64,000 nucleotides of DNA. Origin: Eledone cirrhosa. Lineage: Eukaryota. The stretch covers positions 21,452,001-21,516,000 of the forward strand of contig OZ024764.1 in assembly GCA_964016885.1 (NCBI GenBank). The letters run 5' to 3'. Both the position numbers and the translations under genes were made by a program. Under the pieces are notes generated by a model. It was not told the DNA's origin. It did not search any database and was given only the letters and a program-made list of their open reading frames with translations. Shown here piece by piece: positions 44,440 through 59,969 of this stretch (positions are counted from its first letter, which is position 1; each line of letters begins with the position of its first letter).

Positions 44440-47400
44440 AATGTAATAACTACTTTTATCAGTCAGTTTAATCTAATGTCACTAATAACTACTTTTATCA
44501 GTCAGTTTAATCTAATGTCACTAATAACTACTTTTATCAGTCAGTTTAATCTAATGTCACTAATAACTACTTTTATCAGTCAGTTTAATCTAATGTAATA
44601 ACTACTTTTATCAGTCAGTTTAATCTAATGTCACTAATAACTACTTTTATCAGTCAGTATAATCTAATGTCACTAATAACTACTTTTATCAGTCAGTATA
44701 ATCTAATGTCACTAATAACTACTTTTATCAGTCAGTATAATCTAATGTCACTAATAACTACTTTTATCAGTCAGTATAATCTAATGTCACTAATAACTAC
44801 TTTTATCAGTCAGTTTAATCTAATGTCACTAATAACTACTTTTATCAGTCAGTTTAATCTAATGTAATAACTACTTTTATCAGTCAGTATAATCTAATGT
44901 CACTAATAACTACTTTTATCAGTCAGTATAATCTAATGTCACTAATAACTACTTTTATCAGTCAGTTTAATCTAATGTCACTAATAACTACTTTTATCAG
45001 TCAGTTTAATCTACTGCCACTAATAACTACTTTTATCAGTCAGTTTAATCTAATGTCACTAATAACTAGTTTTATCAGTCAGTTTAATCTAATGTCACTA
45101 ATAACTACTTTTATCAGTCAGTTTAATCTAATGTAATAACTACTTTTATCAGTCAGTATAATCTAATGTCACTAATAACTACTTTTATCAGTCAGTTTAA
45201 TCTAATGTAATTACTTTTATCAGTCAGTATAATCTAATGTCACTAATAACTACTTTTATCAGTCAGTTTAATCTAATGTCACTAATAACTACTTTTATCA
45301 GTCAGTTTAATCTAATGTCACTAATAACTACTTTTATCAGTCAGTTTAATCTAATGTCACTAATAACTACTTTTATCAGTCATTTTAATCTAATGTCACT
45401 AATAACTACGTTTATCAGTCAGTTTAATCTAATGTCACTAATAACTACTTTTATCAGTCAGTTCAATCTAATGTCACTAATAACTACTTTTATCAGTCAG
45501 TATAATCTAATGTCACTAATAACTACTTTTATCAGTCAGTTTAATCTAATGTAATAACTACTTTTATCAGTCAGTTTAATCTAATGTCACTACTAACTAC
45601 TTTTATCAGTCAGTTTAATCTAATGTCACTAATAACTACTTTTATCAGTCAGTTTAATCTAATGTCACTAATAACTACTTTTATCAGTCAGTTTAATCTA
45701 ATGTCACTAATAACTACTTTTATCAGTCAGTTTAATCTAATGTCACTAATAACTACTTTTATCAGTCAGTTTAATCTAATGTCACTAATAACTACTTTTA
45801 TCAGTCAGTTCAATCTAATGTCACTAATAACTACTTTTATCAGTCAGTATAATCTAATGTCACTAATAACTACTTTTATCAGTCAGTTTAATCTAATGTA
45901 ATAACTACTTTTATCAGTCAGTTTAATCTAATGTCACTAATAACTACTTTTATCAGTCAGTTTAATCTAATGTCACTAATAACTACTTTTATCAGTCAGT
46001 TTAATCTAATGTAACAACTACTTTTATCAGTCAGTTTAATCTAATGTCACTAATAACTACTTTTATCAGTCAGTATAATCTAATGTCACTAATAACTACT
46101 TTTATCAGTCAGTTTAATCTAATGTAATAACTACTTTTATCAGTCAGTATAATCTAATGTCACTAATAACTACTTTTATCAGTCAGTATAATCTAATGTC
46201 ACTAATAACTACTTTTATCAGTCAGTATAATCTAATGTCACTAATAACTACTTTTATCAGTCAGTATAATCTAATGTCACTAATAACTACTTTTATCAGT
46301 CAGTATAATCTAATGTCACTAATAACTACTTTTATCAGTCAGTTTAATCTAATGTCACTAATAACTACTTTTATCAGTCAGTTTAATCTAATGTAATAAC
46401 TACTTTTATCAGTCAGTATAATCTAATGTCACTAATAACTACTTTTATCAGTCAGTATAATCTAATGTCACTAATAACTACTTTTATCAGTCAGTATAAT
46501 CTAATGTCACTAATAACTACTTTTATCAGTCAGTATAATCTAATGTCACTAATAACTACTTTTATCAGTCAGTTTAATCTAATGTCACTAATAACTACTT
46601 TTATCAGTCAGTATAATCTAATGTCACTAATAACTACTTTTATCAGTCAGTATAATCTAATGTCACTAATAACTACTTTTATCAGTCAGTTTAATCTAAT
46701 GTCACTAATAACTACTTTTATCAGTCAGTTTAATCTACTGCCACTAATAACTACTTTTATCAGTCAGTTTAATCTAATGTCACTAATAACTACTTTTATC
46801 AGTCAGTTTAATCTAATGTCACTAATAACTACTTTTATCAGTCAGTATAATCTAATGTCACTAATAACTACTTTTATCAGTCAGTATAATCTAATGTCAC
46901 TAATAACTACTTTTATCAGTCAGTTTAATCTAATGTAATAACTACTTTTATCAGTCAGTATAATCTAATGTCACTAATAACTACTTTTAGCAGTCAGTAT
47001 AATCTAATGTCAGTAATAACTACTTTTATCAGTCAGTATAATCTAATGTCACTAATAACTACTTTTATCAGTCAGTATAATCTAATGTCACTAATAACTA
47101 CTTTTATCAGTCAGTTTTATCTAATGTCACTAATAACTACTTTTATCAGTCAGTTTAATCTAATGTAATAACTACTTTTATCAGTCAGTATAATCTAATG
47201 TCACTAATAACTACTTTTATCAGTCAGTATAATCTAATGTCACTAATAACTACTTTTATCAGTCAGTTTAATCTAATGTCACTAATAACTACTTTTATCA
47301 GTCAGTTTAATCTACTGCCACTAATAACTACTTTTATCAGTCAGTTTAATCTAATGTCACTAATAACTACTTTTATCAGTCAGTTTAATCTAATGTCACT

Positions 47401-50400
47401 AATAACTACTTTTATCAGTCAGTTTAATCTAATGTCACTAATAACTACTTTTATCAGTCAGTTTTAATCTAATGTCGCTAATAACTACTTTTATCAGTCA
47501 GTTTAATCTAATGTCACTAATAACTACTTTTATCAGTCAGTATAATCTAATGTCACTAATAACTACTTTTATCAGTCAGTATAATCTAATGTCACTAATA
47601 ACTACTTTTATCAGTCAGTTTAATCTAATGTAATAACTACTTTTATCAGTCAGTTTTAATCTAATGTCACTAATAACTACTTTTATCAGTCAGTTTAATC
47701 TAATGTAATAACTACTTTTATCAGTCAGTATAATCTAATGTCACTAATAACTACTTTTATCAGTCAGTTTAATCTAATGTAATTACTTTTATCAGTCAGT
47801 ATAATCTAATGTCACTAATAACTACTTTTATCAGTCAGTATAATCTAATGTCACTAATAACTACTTTTATCAGTCAGTTTAATCTAATGTCACTAATAAC
47901 TACTTTTATCAGTCAGTTTAATCTAATGTCACTAATAACTACTTTTATCAGTCAGTTTAATCTAACGTCACTAATAACTACTTTTATCAGTCAGTTTAAT
48001 CTAATGTCACTAATAACTACTTTTATCAGTCAGTTTAATCTAATGTCACTAATAACTACTTTTATCAGTCAGTTTAATCTAATGTCACTAATAACTACTT
48101 TTATCAGTCAGTTTAATCTAATGTCACTAATAACTACTTTTATCAGTCAGTTTAATCTAATGTCACTAATAACTACTTTTATCAGTCAGTTCAATCTAAT
48201 GTCACTAATAACTACTTTTATCAGTCAGTATAATCTAATGTCACTAATAACTACTTTTATCAGTCAGTTTAATCTAATGTAATAACTACTTTTATCAGTC
48301 AGTTTAATCTAGTGTCACTAATAACTACTTTTATCAGTCAGTTTAATCTAATGTAATAACTACTTTTATCAGTCAGTATAATCTAATGTCACTAATAACT
48401 ACTTTTATCAGTCAGTATAATCTAATGTCACTAATAACTACTTTTATCAGTCAGTTCAATCTAATGTCACTAATAACTACTTTTATCAGTCAGTTCAATC
48501 TAATGTCACTAATAACTACTTTTATCAGTCAGTATAATCTAATGTCACTAATAACTACTTTTATCAGTCAGTTTAATCTAATGTAATAACTACTTTTATC
48601 AGTCAGTTTAATCTAGTGTCACTAATAACTACTTTTATCAGTCAGTTTAATCTAATGTAATAACTACTTTTATCAGTCAGTATAATCTAATGTCACTAAT
48701 AACTACTTTTATCAGTCAGTATAATCTAATGTAATAACTACTTTTATCAGTCAGTATAATCTAATGTCACTAATAACTACTTTTATCAGTCAGTATAATC
48801 TAATGTCACTAATAACTACTTTTATCAGTCAGTATAATCTAATGTCACTAATAACTACTTTTATCAGTCAGTTTAATCTAATGTCACTAATAACTACTTT
48901 TATCAGTCAGTATAATCTACTGCCACTAATAACTACTTTTATCAGTCAGTTTAATCTACTGCCACTAATAACTACTTTTATCAGTCAGTTTAATCTAATG
49001 TCACTAATAACTACTTTTATCAGTCAGTTTAATCTAATGTCACTAATAACTACTTTTATCAGTCAGTTTAATCTAATGTCACTAATAACTACTTTTATCA
49101 GTCAGTTTAATCTAATGTCACTAATAACTACTTTTATCAGTCAGTTTAATCTAATGTCACTAATAACTACTTTCATCAGTCAGTTTAATCTACTGCCACT
49201 AATAACTACTTTTATCAGTCAGTATAATCTAATGTCACTAATAACTACTTTTATCAGTCAGTTTAATCTACTGCCACTAATAACTACTTTTATCAGTCAG
49301 TATAATCTAATGTCACTAATAACTACTTTTATCAGTCAGTATAATCTACTGCCACTAATAACTACTTTTATCAGTCAGTTTAATCTACTGCCACTAATAA
49401 CTACTTTTATCAGTCAGTTTAATCTAATGTCACTAATAACTACTTTTATCGGTCAGTTTAATCTAATGTAATAACTACTTTTATCAGTCAGTTTAATCTA
49501 ATGTCACTAATAACTACTTTTATCAGTCAGTTTAATCTAATGTCACTAATAACTACTTTTATCAGTCAGTTTAATCTAATGTAATAACTACTTTTATCAG
49601 TCAGTTTAATCTAATGTAATAACTACTTTTATCAGTCAGTTTAATCTAATGTCACTAATAACTACTTTTATCAGTCAGTTTAATCTAATGTCACTAATAA
49701 CTACTTTTATCAGTCAGTTTAATCTAATGTCACTAATAACTACTTTTATCAGTCAGTTCAATCTAATGTCACTAATAACTACTTTTATCAGTCAGTATAA
49801 TCTAATGTCACTAATAACTACTTTTATCAGTCAGTTTAATCTAATGTAATAACTACTTTTATCAGTCAGTATAATCTAATGTCACTAATAACTACTTTTA
49901 TCAGTCAGTTTAATCTAATGTCACTAATAACTACTTTTATCAGTCAGTTTAATCTAATGTCACTAATAACTACTTTTATCAGTCAGTTTAATCTAATGTC
50001 ACTAATAACTACTTTTATCAGTCAGTTTAATCTAATGTAATAACTACTTTTATCAGTCAGTTTAATCTAATGTCACTAATAACTACTTTTATCAGTCAGT
50101 TTAATCTAATGTCACTAATAACTACTTTTATCAGTCAGTTTAATCTAATGTCACTAATAACTACTTTTATCAGTCAGTTTAATCTAATGTAATAACTACT
50201 TTTATCAGTCAGTTTAATCTAATGTCACTAATAACTACTTTTATCAGTCAGTATAATCTAATGTCACTAATAACTACTTTTATCAGTCAGTATAATCTAA
50301 TGTCACTAATAACTACTTTTATCAGTCAGTATAATCTAATGTCACTAATAACTACTTTTATCAGTCAGTATAATCTAATGTCACTAATAACTACTTTTAT

Positions 50401-53400
50401 CAGTCAGTTTAATCTAATGTCACTAATAACTACTTTTATCAGTCAGTTTAATCTAATGTAATAACTACTTTTATCAGTCAGTATAATCTAATGTCACTAA
50501 TAACTACTTTTATCAGTCAGTATAATCTAATGTCACTAATAACTACTTTTATCAGTCAGTTTAATCTAATGTCACTAATAACTACTTTTATCAGTCAGTT
50601 TAATCTACTGCCACTAATAACTACTTTTATCAGTCAGTTTAATCTAATGTCACTAATAACTAGTTTTATCAGTCAGTTTAATCTAATGTCACTAATAACT
50701 ACTTTTATCAGTCAGTTTAATCTAATGTAATAACTACTTTTATCAGTCAGTATAATCTAATGTCACTAATAACTACTTTTATCAGTCAGTTTAATCTAAT
50801 GTAATTACTTTTATCAGTCAGTATAATCTAATGTCACTAATAACTACTTTTATCAGTCAGTTTAATCTAATGTCACTAATAACTACTTTTATCAGTCAGT
50901 TTAATCTAATGTCACTAATAACTACTTTTATCAGTCAGTTTAATCTAATGTCACTAATAACTACTTTTATCAGTCATTTTAATCTAATGTCACTAATAAC
51001 TACGTTTATCAGTCAGTTTAATCTAATGTCACTAATAACTACTTTTATCAGTCAGTTCAATCTAATGTCACTAATAACTACTTTTATCAGTCAGTATAAT
51101 CTAATGTCACTAATAACTACTTTTATCAGTCAGTTTAATCTAATGTAATAACTACTTTTATCAGTCAGTTTAATCTAATGTCACTACTAACTACTTTTAT
51201 CAGTCAGTTTAATCTAATGTCACTAATAACTACTTTTATCAGTCAGTTTAATCTAATGTCACTAATAACTACTTTTATCAGTCAGTTTAATCTAATGTCA
51301 CTAATAACTACTTTTATCAGTCAGTTTAATCTAATGTCACTAATAACTACTTTTATCAGTCAGTTTAATCTAATGTCACTAATAACTACTTTTATCAGTC
51401 AGTTCAATCTAATGTCACTAATAACTACTTTTATCAGTCAGTATAATCTAATGTCACTAATAACTACTTTTATCAGTCAGTTTAATCTAATGTAATAACT
51501 ACTTTTATCAGTCAGTTTAATCTAATGTCACTAATAACTACTTTTATCAGTCAGTTTAATCTAATGTCACTAATAACTACTTTTATCAGTCAGTTTAATC
51601 TAATGTAATAACTACTTTTATCAGTCAGTTTAATCTAATGTCACTAATAACTACTTTTATCAGTCAGTATAATCTAATGTCACTAATAACTACTTTTATC
51701 AGTCAGTATAATCTAATGTCACTAATAACTACTTTTATCAGTCAGTATAATCTAATGTCACTAATAACTACTTTTATCAGTCAGTATAATCTAATGTCAC
51801 TAATAACTACTTTTATCAGTCAGTTTAATCTAATGTCACTAATAACTACTTTTATCAGTCAGTTTAATCTAATGTAATAACTACTTTTATCAGTCAGTAT
51901 AATCTAATGTCACTAATAACTACTTTTATCAGTCAGTATAATCTAATGTCACTAATAACTACTTTTATCAGTCAGTTTAATCTAATGTCACTAATAACTA
52001 CTTTTATCAGTCAGTTTAATCTACTGCCACTAATAACTACTTTTATCAGTCAGTTTAATCTAATGTCACTAATAACTAGTTTTATCAGTCAGTTTAATCT
52101 AATGTCACTAATAACTACTTTTATCAGTCAGTTTAATCTAATGTAATAACTACTTTTATCAGTCAGTATAATCTAATGTCACTAATAACTACTTTTATCA
52201 GTCAGTTTAATCTAATGTAATTACTTTTATCAGTCAGTATAATCTAATGTCACTAATAACTACTTTTATCAGTCAGTTTAATCTAATGTCACTAATAACT
52301 ACTTTTATCAGTCAGTTTAATCTAATGTCACTAATAACTACTTTTATCAGTCAGTTTAATCTAATGTCACTAATAACTACTTTTATCAGTCATTTTAATC
52401 TAATGTCACTAATAACTACGTTTATCAGTCAGTTTAATCTAATGTCACTAATAACTACTTTTATCAGTCAGTTCAATCTAATGTCACTAATAACTACTTT
52501 TATCAGTCAGTATAATCTAATGTCACTAATAACTACTTTTATCAGTCAGTTTAATCTAATGTAATAACTACTTTTATCAGTCAGTTTAATCTAATGTCAC
52601 TACTAACTACTTTTATCAGTCAGTTTAATCTAATGTCACTAATAACTACTTTTATCAGTCAGTTTAATCTAATGTCACTAATAACTACTTTTATCAGTCA
52701 GTTTAATCTAATGTCACTAATAACTACTTTTATCAGTCAGTTTAATCTAATGTCACTAATAACTACTTTTATCAGTCAGTTTAATCTAATGTCACTAATA
52801 ACTACTTTTATCAGTCAGTTCAATCTAATGTCACTAATAACTACTTTTATCAGTCAGTATAATCTAATGTCACTAATAACTACTTTTATCAGTCAGTTTA
52901 ATCTAATGTAATAACTACTTTTATCAGTCAGTTTAATCTAATGTCACTAATAACTACTTTTATCAGTCAGTTTAATCTAATGTCACTAATAACTACTTTT
53001 ATCAGTCAGTTTAATCTAATGTAACAACTACTTTTATCAGTCAGTTTAATCTAATGTCACTAATAACTACTTTTATCAGTCAGTATAATCTAATGTCACT
53101 AATAACTACTTTTATCAGTCAGTTTAATCTAATGTAATAACTACTTTTATCAGTCAGTATAATCTAATGTCACTAATAACTACTTTTATCAGTCAGTATA
53201 ATCTAATGTCACTAATAACTACTTTTATCAGTCAGTATAATCTAATGTCACTAATAACTACTTTTATCAGTCAGTATAATCTAATGTCACTAATAACTAC
53301 TTTTATCAGTCAGTATAATCTAATGTCACTAATAACTACTTTTATCAGTCAGTTTAATCTAATGTCACTAATAACTACTTTTATCAGTCAGTTTAATCTA

Positions 53401-56400
53401 ATGTAATAACTACTTTTATCAGTCAGTATAATCTAATGTCACTAATAACTACTTTTATCAGTCAGTATAATCTAATGTCACTAATAACTACTTTTATCAG
53501 TCAGTATAATCTAATGTCACTAATAACTACTTTTATCAGTCAGTATAATCTAATGTCACTAATAACTACTTTTATCAGTCAGTTTAATCTAATGTCACTA
53601 ATAACTACTTTTATCAGTCAGTATAATCTAATGTCACTAATAACTACTTTTATCAGTCAGTATAATCTAATGTCACTAATAACTACTTTTATCAGTCAGT
53701 TTAATCTAATGTCACTAATAACTACTTTTATCAGTCAGTTTAATCTACTGCCACTAATAACTACTTTTATCAGTCAGTTTAATCTAATGTCACTAATAAC
53801 TACTTTTATCAGTCAGTTTAATCTAATGTCACTAATAACTACTTTTATCAGTCAGTATAATCTAATGTCACTAATAACTACTTTTATCAGTCAGTATAAT
53901 CTAATGTCACTAATAACTACTTTTATCAGTCAGTTTAATCTAATGTAATAACTACTTTTATCAGTCAGTATAATCTAATGTCACTAATAACTACTTTTAG
54001 CAGTCAGTATAATCTAATGTCAGTAATAACTACTTTTATCAGTCAGTATAATCTAATGTCACTAATAACTACTTTTATCAGTCAGTATAATCTAATGTCA
54101 CTAATAACTACTTTTATCAGTCAGTTTTATCTAATGTCACTAATAACTACTTTTATCAGTCAGTTTAATCTAATGTAATAACTACTTTTATCAGTCAGTA
54201 TAATCTAATGTCACTAATAACTACTTTTATCAGTCAGTATAATCTAATGTCACTAATAACTACTTTTATCAGTCAGTTTAATCTAATGTCACTAATAACT
54301 ACTTTTATCAGTCAGTTTAATCTACTGCCACTAGTAACTACTTTTATCAGTCAGTTTAATCTAATGTCACTAATAACTACTTTTATCAGTCAGTTTAATC
54401 TAATGTCACTAATAACTACTTTTATCAGTCAGTTTAATCTAATGTCACTAATAACTACTTTTATCAGTCAGTTTTAATCTAATGTCGCTAATAACTACTT
54501 TTATCAGTAAGTTTAATCTAATGTCACTAATAACTACTTTTATCAGTCAGTATAATCTAATGTCACTAATAACTACTTTTATCAGTCAGTATAATCTAAT
54601 GTCACTAATAACTACTTTTATCAGTCAGTTTAATCTAATGTAATAACTACTTTTATCAGTCAGTTTTAATCTAATGTCACTAATAACTACTTTTATCAGT
54701 CAGTTTAATCTAATGTAATAACTACTTTTATCAGTCAGTATAATCTAATGTCACTAATAACTACTTTTATCAGTCAGTTTAATCTAATGTAATTACTTTT
54801 ATCAGTCAGTATAATCTAATGTCACTAATAACTACTTTTATCAGTCAGTATAATCTAATGTCACTAATAACTACTTTTATCAGTCAGTTTAATCTAATGT
54901 CACTAATAACTACTTTTATCAGTCAGTTTAATCTAATGTCACTAATAACTACTTTTATCAGTCAGTTTAATCTAACGTCACTAATAACTACTTTTATCAG
55001 TCAGTTTAATCTAATGTCACTAATAACTACTTTTATCAGTCAGTTTAATCTAATGTCACTAATAACTACTTTTATCAGTCAGTTTAATCTAATGTCACTA
55101 ATAACTACTTTTATCAGTCAGTTTAATCTAATGTCACTAATAACTACTTTTATCAGTCAGTTTAATCTAATGTCACTAATAACTACTTTTATCAGTCAGT
55201 TCAATCTAATGTCACTAATAACTACTTTTATCAGTCAGTATAATCTAATGTCACTAATAACTACTTTTATCAGTCAGTTTAATCTAATGTAATAACTACT
55301 TTTATCAGTCAGTTTAATCTAGTGTCACTAATAACTACTTTTATCAGTCAGTTTAATCTAATGTAATAACTACTTTTATCAGTCAGTATAATCTAATGTC
55401 ACTAATAACTACTTTTATCAGTCAGTATAATCTAATGTCACTAATAACTACTTTTATCAGTCAGTTCAATCTAATGTCACTAATAACTACTTTTATCAGT
55501 CAGTTCAATCTAATGTCACTAATAACTACTTTTATCAGTCAGTATAATCTAATGTCACTAATAACTACTTTTATCAGTCAGTTTAATCTAATGTAATAAC
55601 TACTTTTATCAGTCAGTTTAATCTAGTGTCACTAATAACTACTTTTATCAGTCAGTTTAATCTAATGTAATAACTACTTTTATCAGTCAGTATAATCTAA
55701 TGTCACTAATAACTACTTTTATCAGTCAGTATAATCTAATGTAATAACTACTTTTATCAGTCAGTATAATCTAATGTCACTAATAACTACTTTTATCAGT
55801 CAGTATAATCTAATGTCACTAATAACTACTTTTATCAGTCAGTATAATCTAATGTCACTAATAACTACTTTTATCAGTCAGTTTAATCTAATGTCACTAA
55901 TAACTACTTTTATCAGTCAGTATAATCTACTGCCACTAATAACTACTTTTATCAGTCAGTTTATTCTACTGCCACTAATAACTACTTTTATCAGTCAGTT
56001 TAATCTAATGTCACTAATAACTACTTTTATCAGTCAGTTTAATCTAATGTCACTAATAACTACTTTTATCAGTCAGTTTAATCTAATGTCACTAATAACT
56101 ACTTTTATCAGTCAGTTTAATCTAATGTCACTAATAACTACTTTTATCAGTCAGTTTAATCTAATGTCACTAATAACTACTTTCATCAGTCAGTTTAATC
56201 TACTGCCACTAATAACTACTTTTATCAGTCAGTTTAATCTAATGTCACTAATAACTACTTTTATCAGTCAGTATAATCTAATGTCACTAATAACTACTTT
56301 TATCAGTCAGTTTAATCTAATGTCACTAATAACTACTTTTATCAGTCAGTATAATCTAATGTCACTAATAACTACTTTTATCAGTCAGTTTAATCTAATG

Positions 56401-57290
56401 TCACTAATAACTACTTTTATCAGTCAGTTTAATCTAATGTCACTAATAACTACTTTTATCAGTCAGTATAATCTAATGTCACTAATAACTACTTTTATCA
56501 GTCAGTTTAATCTACTGCCACTAATAACTACTTTTATCAGTCAGTATAATCTAATGTCACTAATAACTACTTTTATCAGTCAGTATAATCTACTGCCACT
56601 AATAACTACTTTTATCAGTCAGTTTAATCTACTGCCACTAATAACTACTTTTATCAGTCAGTTTAATCTAATGTCACTAATAACTACTTTTATCGGTCAG
56701 TTTAATCTAATGTAATAACTACTTTTATCAGTCAGTTTAATCTAATGTCACTAATAACTACTTTTATCAGTCAGTTTAATCTAATGTCACTAATAACTAC
56801 TTTTATCAGTCAGTTTAATCTAATGTAATAACTACTTTTATCAGTCAGTTTAATCTAATGTAATAACTACTTTTATCAGTCAGTTTTATCTAATGTCACT
56901 AATAACTACTTTTATCAGTCAGTTTAATCTAATGTCACTAATAACTACTTTTATCAGTCAGTTTAATCTAATGTCACTAATAACTACTTTTATCAGTCAG
57001 TTCAATCTAATGTCACTAATAACTACTTTTATCAGTCAGTATAATCTAATGTCACTAATAACTACTTTTATCAGTCAGTTTAATCTAATGTAATAACTAC
57101 TTTTATCAGTCAGTATAATCTAATGTCACTAATAACTACTTTTATCAGTCAGTTTAATCTAATGTCACTAATAACTACTTTTATCAGTCAGTTTAATCTA
57201 ATGTCACTAATAACTACTTTTATCAGTCAGTTTAATCTAATGTCACTAATAACTACTTTTATCAGTCAGTTTAATCTAATGTAATAACTA
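44440..57290. repeat. 5594-bp unit duplicated, with an extra 1416-bp partial copy between (net offset 7010)
   Basis: 44628/50222 differ by 5594. 44628/51638, 46157/53167, 46968/53978, 47809/54819 and 48764/55774 all differ by 7010. The private TCAGTA variant is shared at ~47010/54020. Confidence 0.88.
50080..53020. repeat. 1416-bp near-perfect tandem duplication
   Basis: 50222/51638, 50491/51907, 50831/52247 and 51178/52594 are all offset by 1416. They share the ACTAGT, CTACTA, CAT, ACG and 32-bp markers. Confidence 0.92.
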
Positions 57291-59969
57291 CTTTTATCAG
57301 TCAGTTTTAATCTAATGTCACTAATAACTACTTTTATCAGTCAGTTTAATCTAATGTCACTAATAACTACTTTTATCAGTCAGTTTAATCTAATGTCACT
57401 AATAACTACTTTTATCAGTCAGTTTAATCTAATGTCACTAATAACTACTTTTATCAGTCAGTTTAATCTAATGTAATAACTACTTTTATCAGTCAGTTTA
57501 ATCTAATGCCACTAATAACTACTTTTATCAGTCAGTATAATCTAATGTCACTAATAACTACTTTTATCAGTCAGTATAATCTAATGTCACTAATAACTAC
57601 TTTTATCAGTCAGTTTAATCTAATGTAATAACTACTTTTATCAGTCAGTTTTAATCTAATGTCACTAATAACTACTTTTATCAGTCAGTTTAATCTAATG
57701 TCACTAATAACTACTTTTATCAGTCAGTTTAATCTAATGTCACTAATAACTACTTTTATCAGTCAGTTTAATCTAATGTAATTACTTTTATCAGTCAGTA
57801 TAATTTAATGTCACTAATAACTACTTTTATCAGTCAGTATAATCTAATGTCACTAATAACTACTTTTATCAGTCAGTTTAATCTAATGTCACTAATAACT
57901 ACTTTTATCAGTCAGTTTAATCTAATGTCACTAATAACTACTTTTATCAGCCAGTTTAATCTAATGTCACTAATAACTACTTTTATCAGTCAGTTTAATC
58001 TAATGTCACTAATTAGCTCTTTTATCAGTCAGTTTAATCTAATGTCACTAATAACTACTTTTATCAGTCAGTTTAATCTAATGTCACTAATAACTACTTT
58101 TATCAGTCAGTTTAATCTAATGTCACTAATAACTGCTTTTATCAGTCAGTTTAATCTAATGTCACTAATAACTACTTTTATCAGTCATTTTAATCTAATG
58201 TCACTAATAACTACGTTTATCAGTCAGTTTAATCTAATGTCACTAATAACTACTTTTATCAGTCAGTTCAATCTAATGTCACTAATAACTACTTTTATCA
58301 GTCAGTATAATCTAATGTCACTAATAACTACTTTTATCAGTCAGTTTAATCTAATGTAATAACTACTTTTATCAGTCAGTTTAATCTAATGTCACTAATA
58401 ACTACTTTTATCAGTCAGTTTAATCTAATGTCACTAATAACTACTTTTATCAGTCAGTTTAATCTAATGTCACTAATAACTACTTTTATCAGTCAGTTTA
58501 ATCTAATGTCACTAATAACTACTTTTATCAGTCAGTTTAATCTAATGTTACTAATAACTACTTTTATCAGTCAGTTTAATCTAATGTCACTAATAACTAC
58601 TTTTATCAGTCAGTTCAATCTAATGTCACTAATAACTACTTTTATCAGTCAGTATAATCTAATGTCACTAATAACTACTTTTATCAGTCAGTTTAATCTA
58701 ATGTAATAACTACTTTTATCAGTCAGTTTAATCTAATGTCACTAATAACTACTTTTATCAGTCAGTTTAATCTAATGTCACTAATAACTACTTTTATCAG
58801 TCAGTTTAATCTAATGTCACTAATAACTACTTTTATCAGTCAGTTTAATCTAATGTAATAACTACTTTTATCAGTCAGTATAATCTAATGTCACTAATAA
58901 CTACTTTTATCAGTCAGTATAATCTAATGTCACTAATAACTACTTTTATCAGTCAGTTTAATCTAATGTCACTAATAACTACTTTTATCAGTCAGTTTAA
59001 TCTACTGCCACTAATAACTACTTTTATCAGTCAGTTTAATCTAATGTCACTAATAACTACTTTTATCAGTCAGTTTAATCTAATGTCACTAATAACTACT
59101 TTTATCAGTCAGTTTAATCTAATGTCGCTAATAACTACTTTTATCAGTCAGTTTTAATCTAATGTCACTAATAACTACTTTTATCAGTCAGTTTAATCTA
59201 ATGTCACTAATAACTACTTTTATCAGTCAGTATAATCTAATGTCACTAATAACTACTTTTATCAGTCAGTATAATCTAATGTCACTAATAACTACTTTTA
59301 TCAGTCAGTTTAATCTAATGTAATAACTACTTTTATCAGTCAGTTTTAATCTAATGTCACTAATAACTACTTTTATCAGTCAGTTTAATCTAATGTAATA
59401 ACTACTTTTATCAGTCAGTATAATCTAATGTCACTAATAACTACTTTTATCAGTCAGTTTAATCTAATGTAATTACTTTTATCAGTCAGTATAATCTAAT
59501 GTCACTAATAACTACTTTTATCAGTCAGTATAATCTAATGTCACTAATAACTACTTTTATCAGTCAGTTTAATCTAATGTCACTAATAACTACTTTTATC
59601 AGTCAGTTTAATCTAATGTCACTAATAACTACTTTTATCAGTCAGTTTAATCTAACGTCACTAATAACTACTTTTATCAGTCAGTTTAATCTAATGTCAC
59701 TAATAACTACTTTTATCAGTCAGTTTAATCTAATGTCACTAATAACTACTTTTATCAGTCAGTTTAATCTAATGTCACTAATAACTACTTTTATCAGTCA
59801 GTTTAATCTAATGTCACTAATAACTACTTTTATCAGTCAGTTTAATCTAATGTCACTAATAACTACTTTTATCAGTCAGTTCAATCTAATGTCACTAATA
59901 ACTACTTTTATCAGTCAGTATAATCTAATGTCACTAATAACTACTTTTATCAGTCAGTTTAATCTAATG

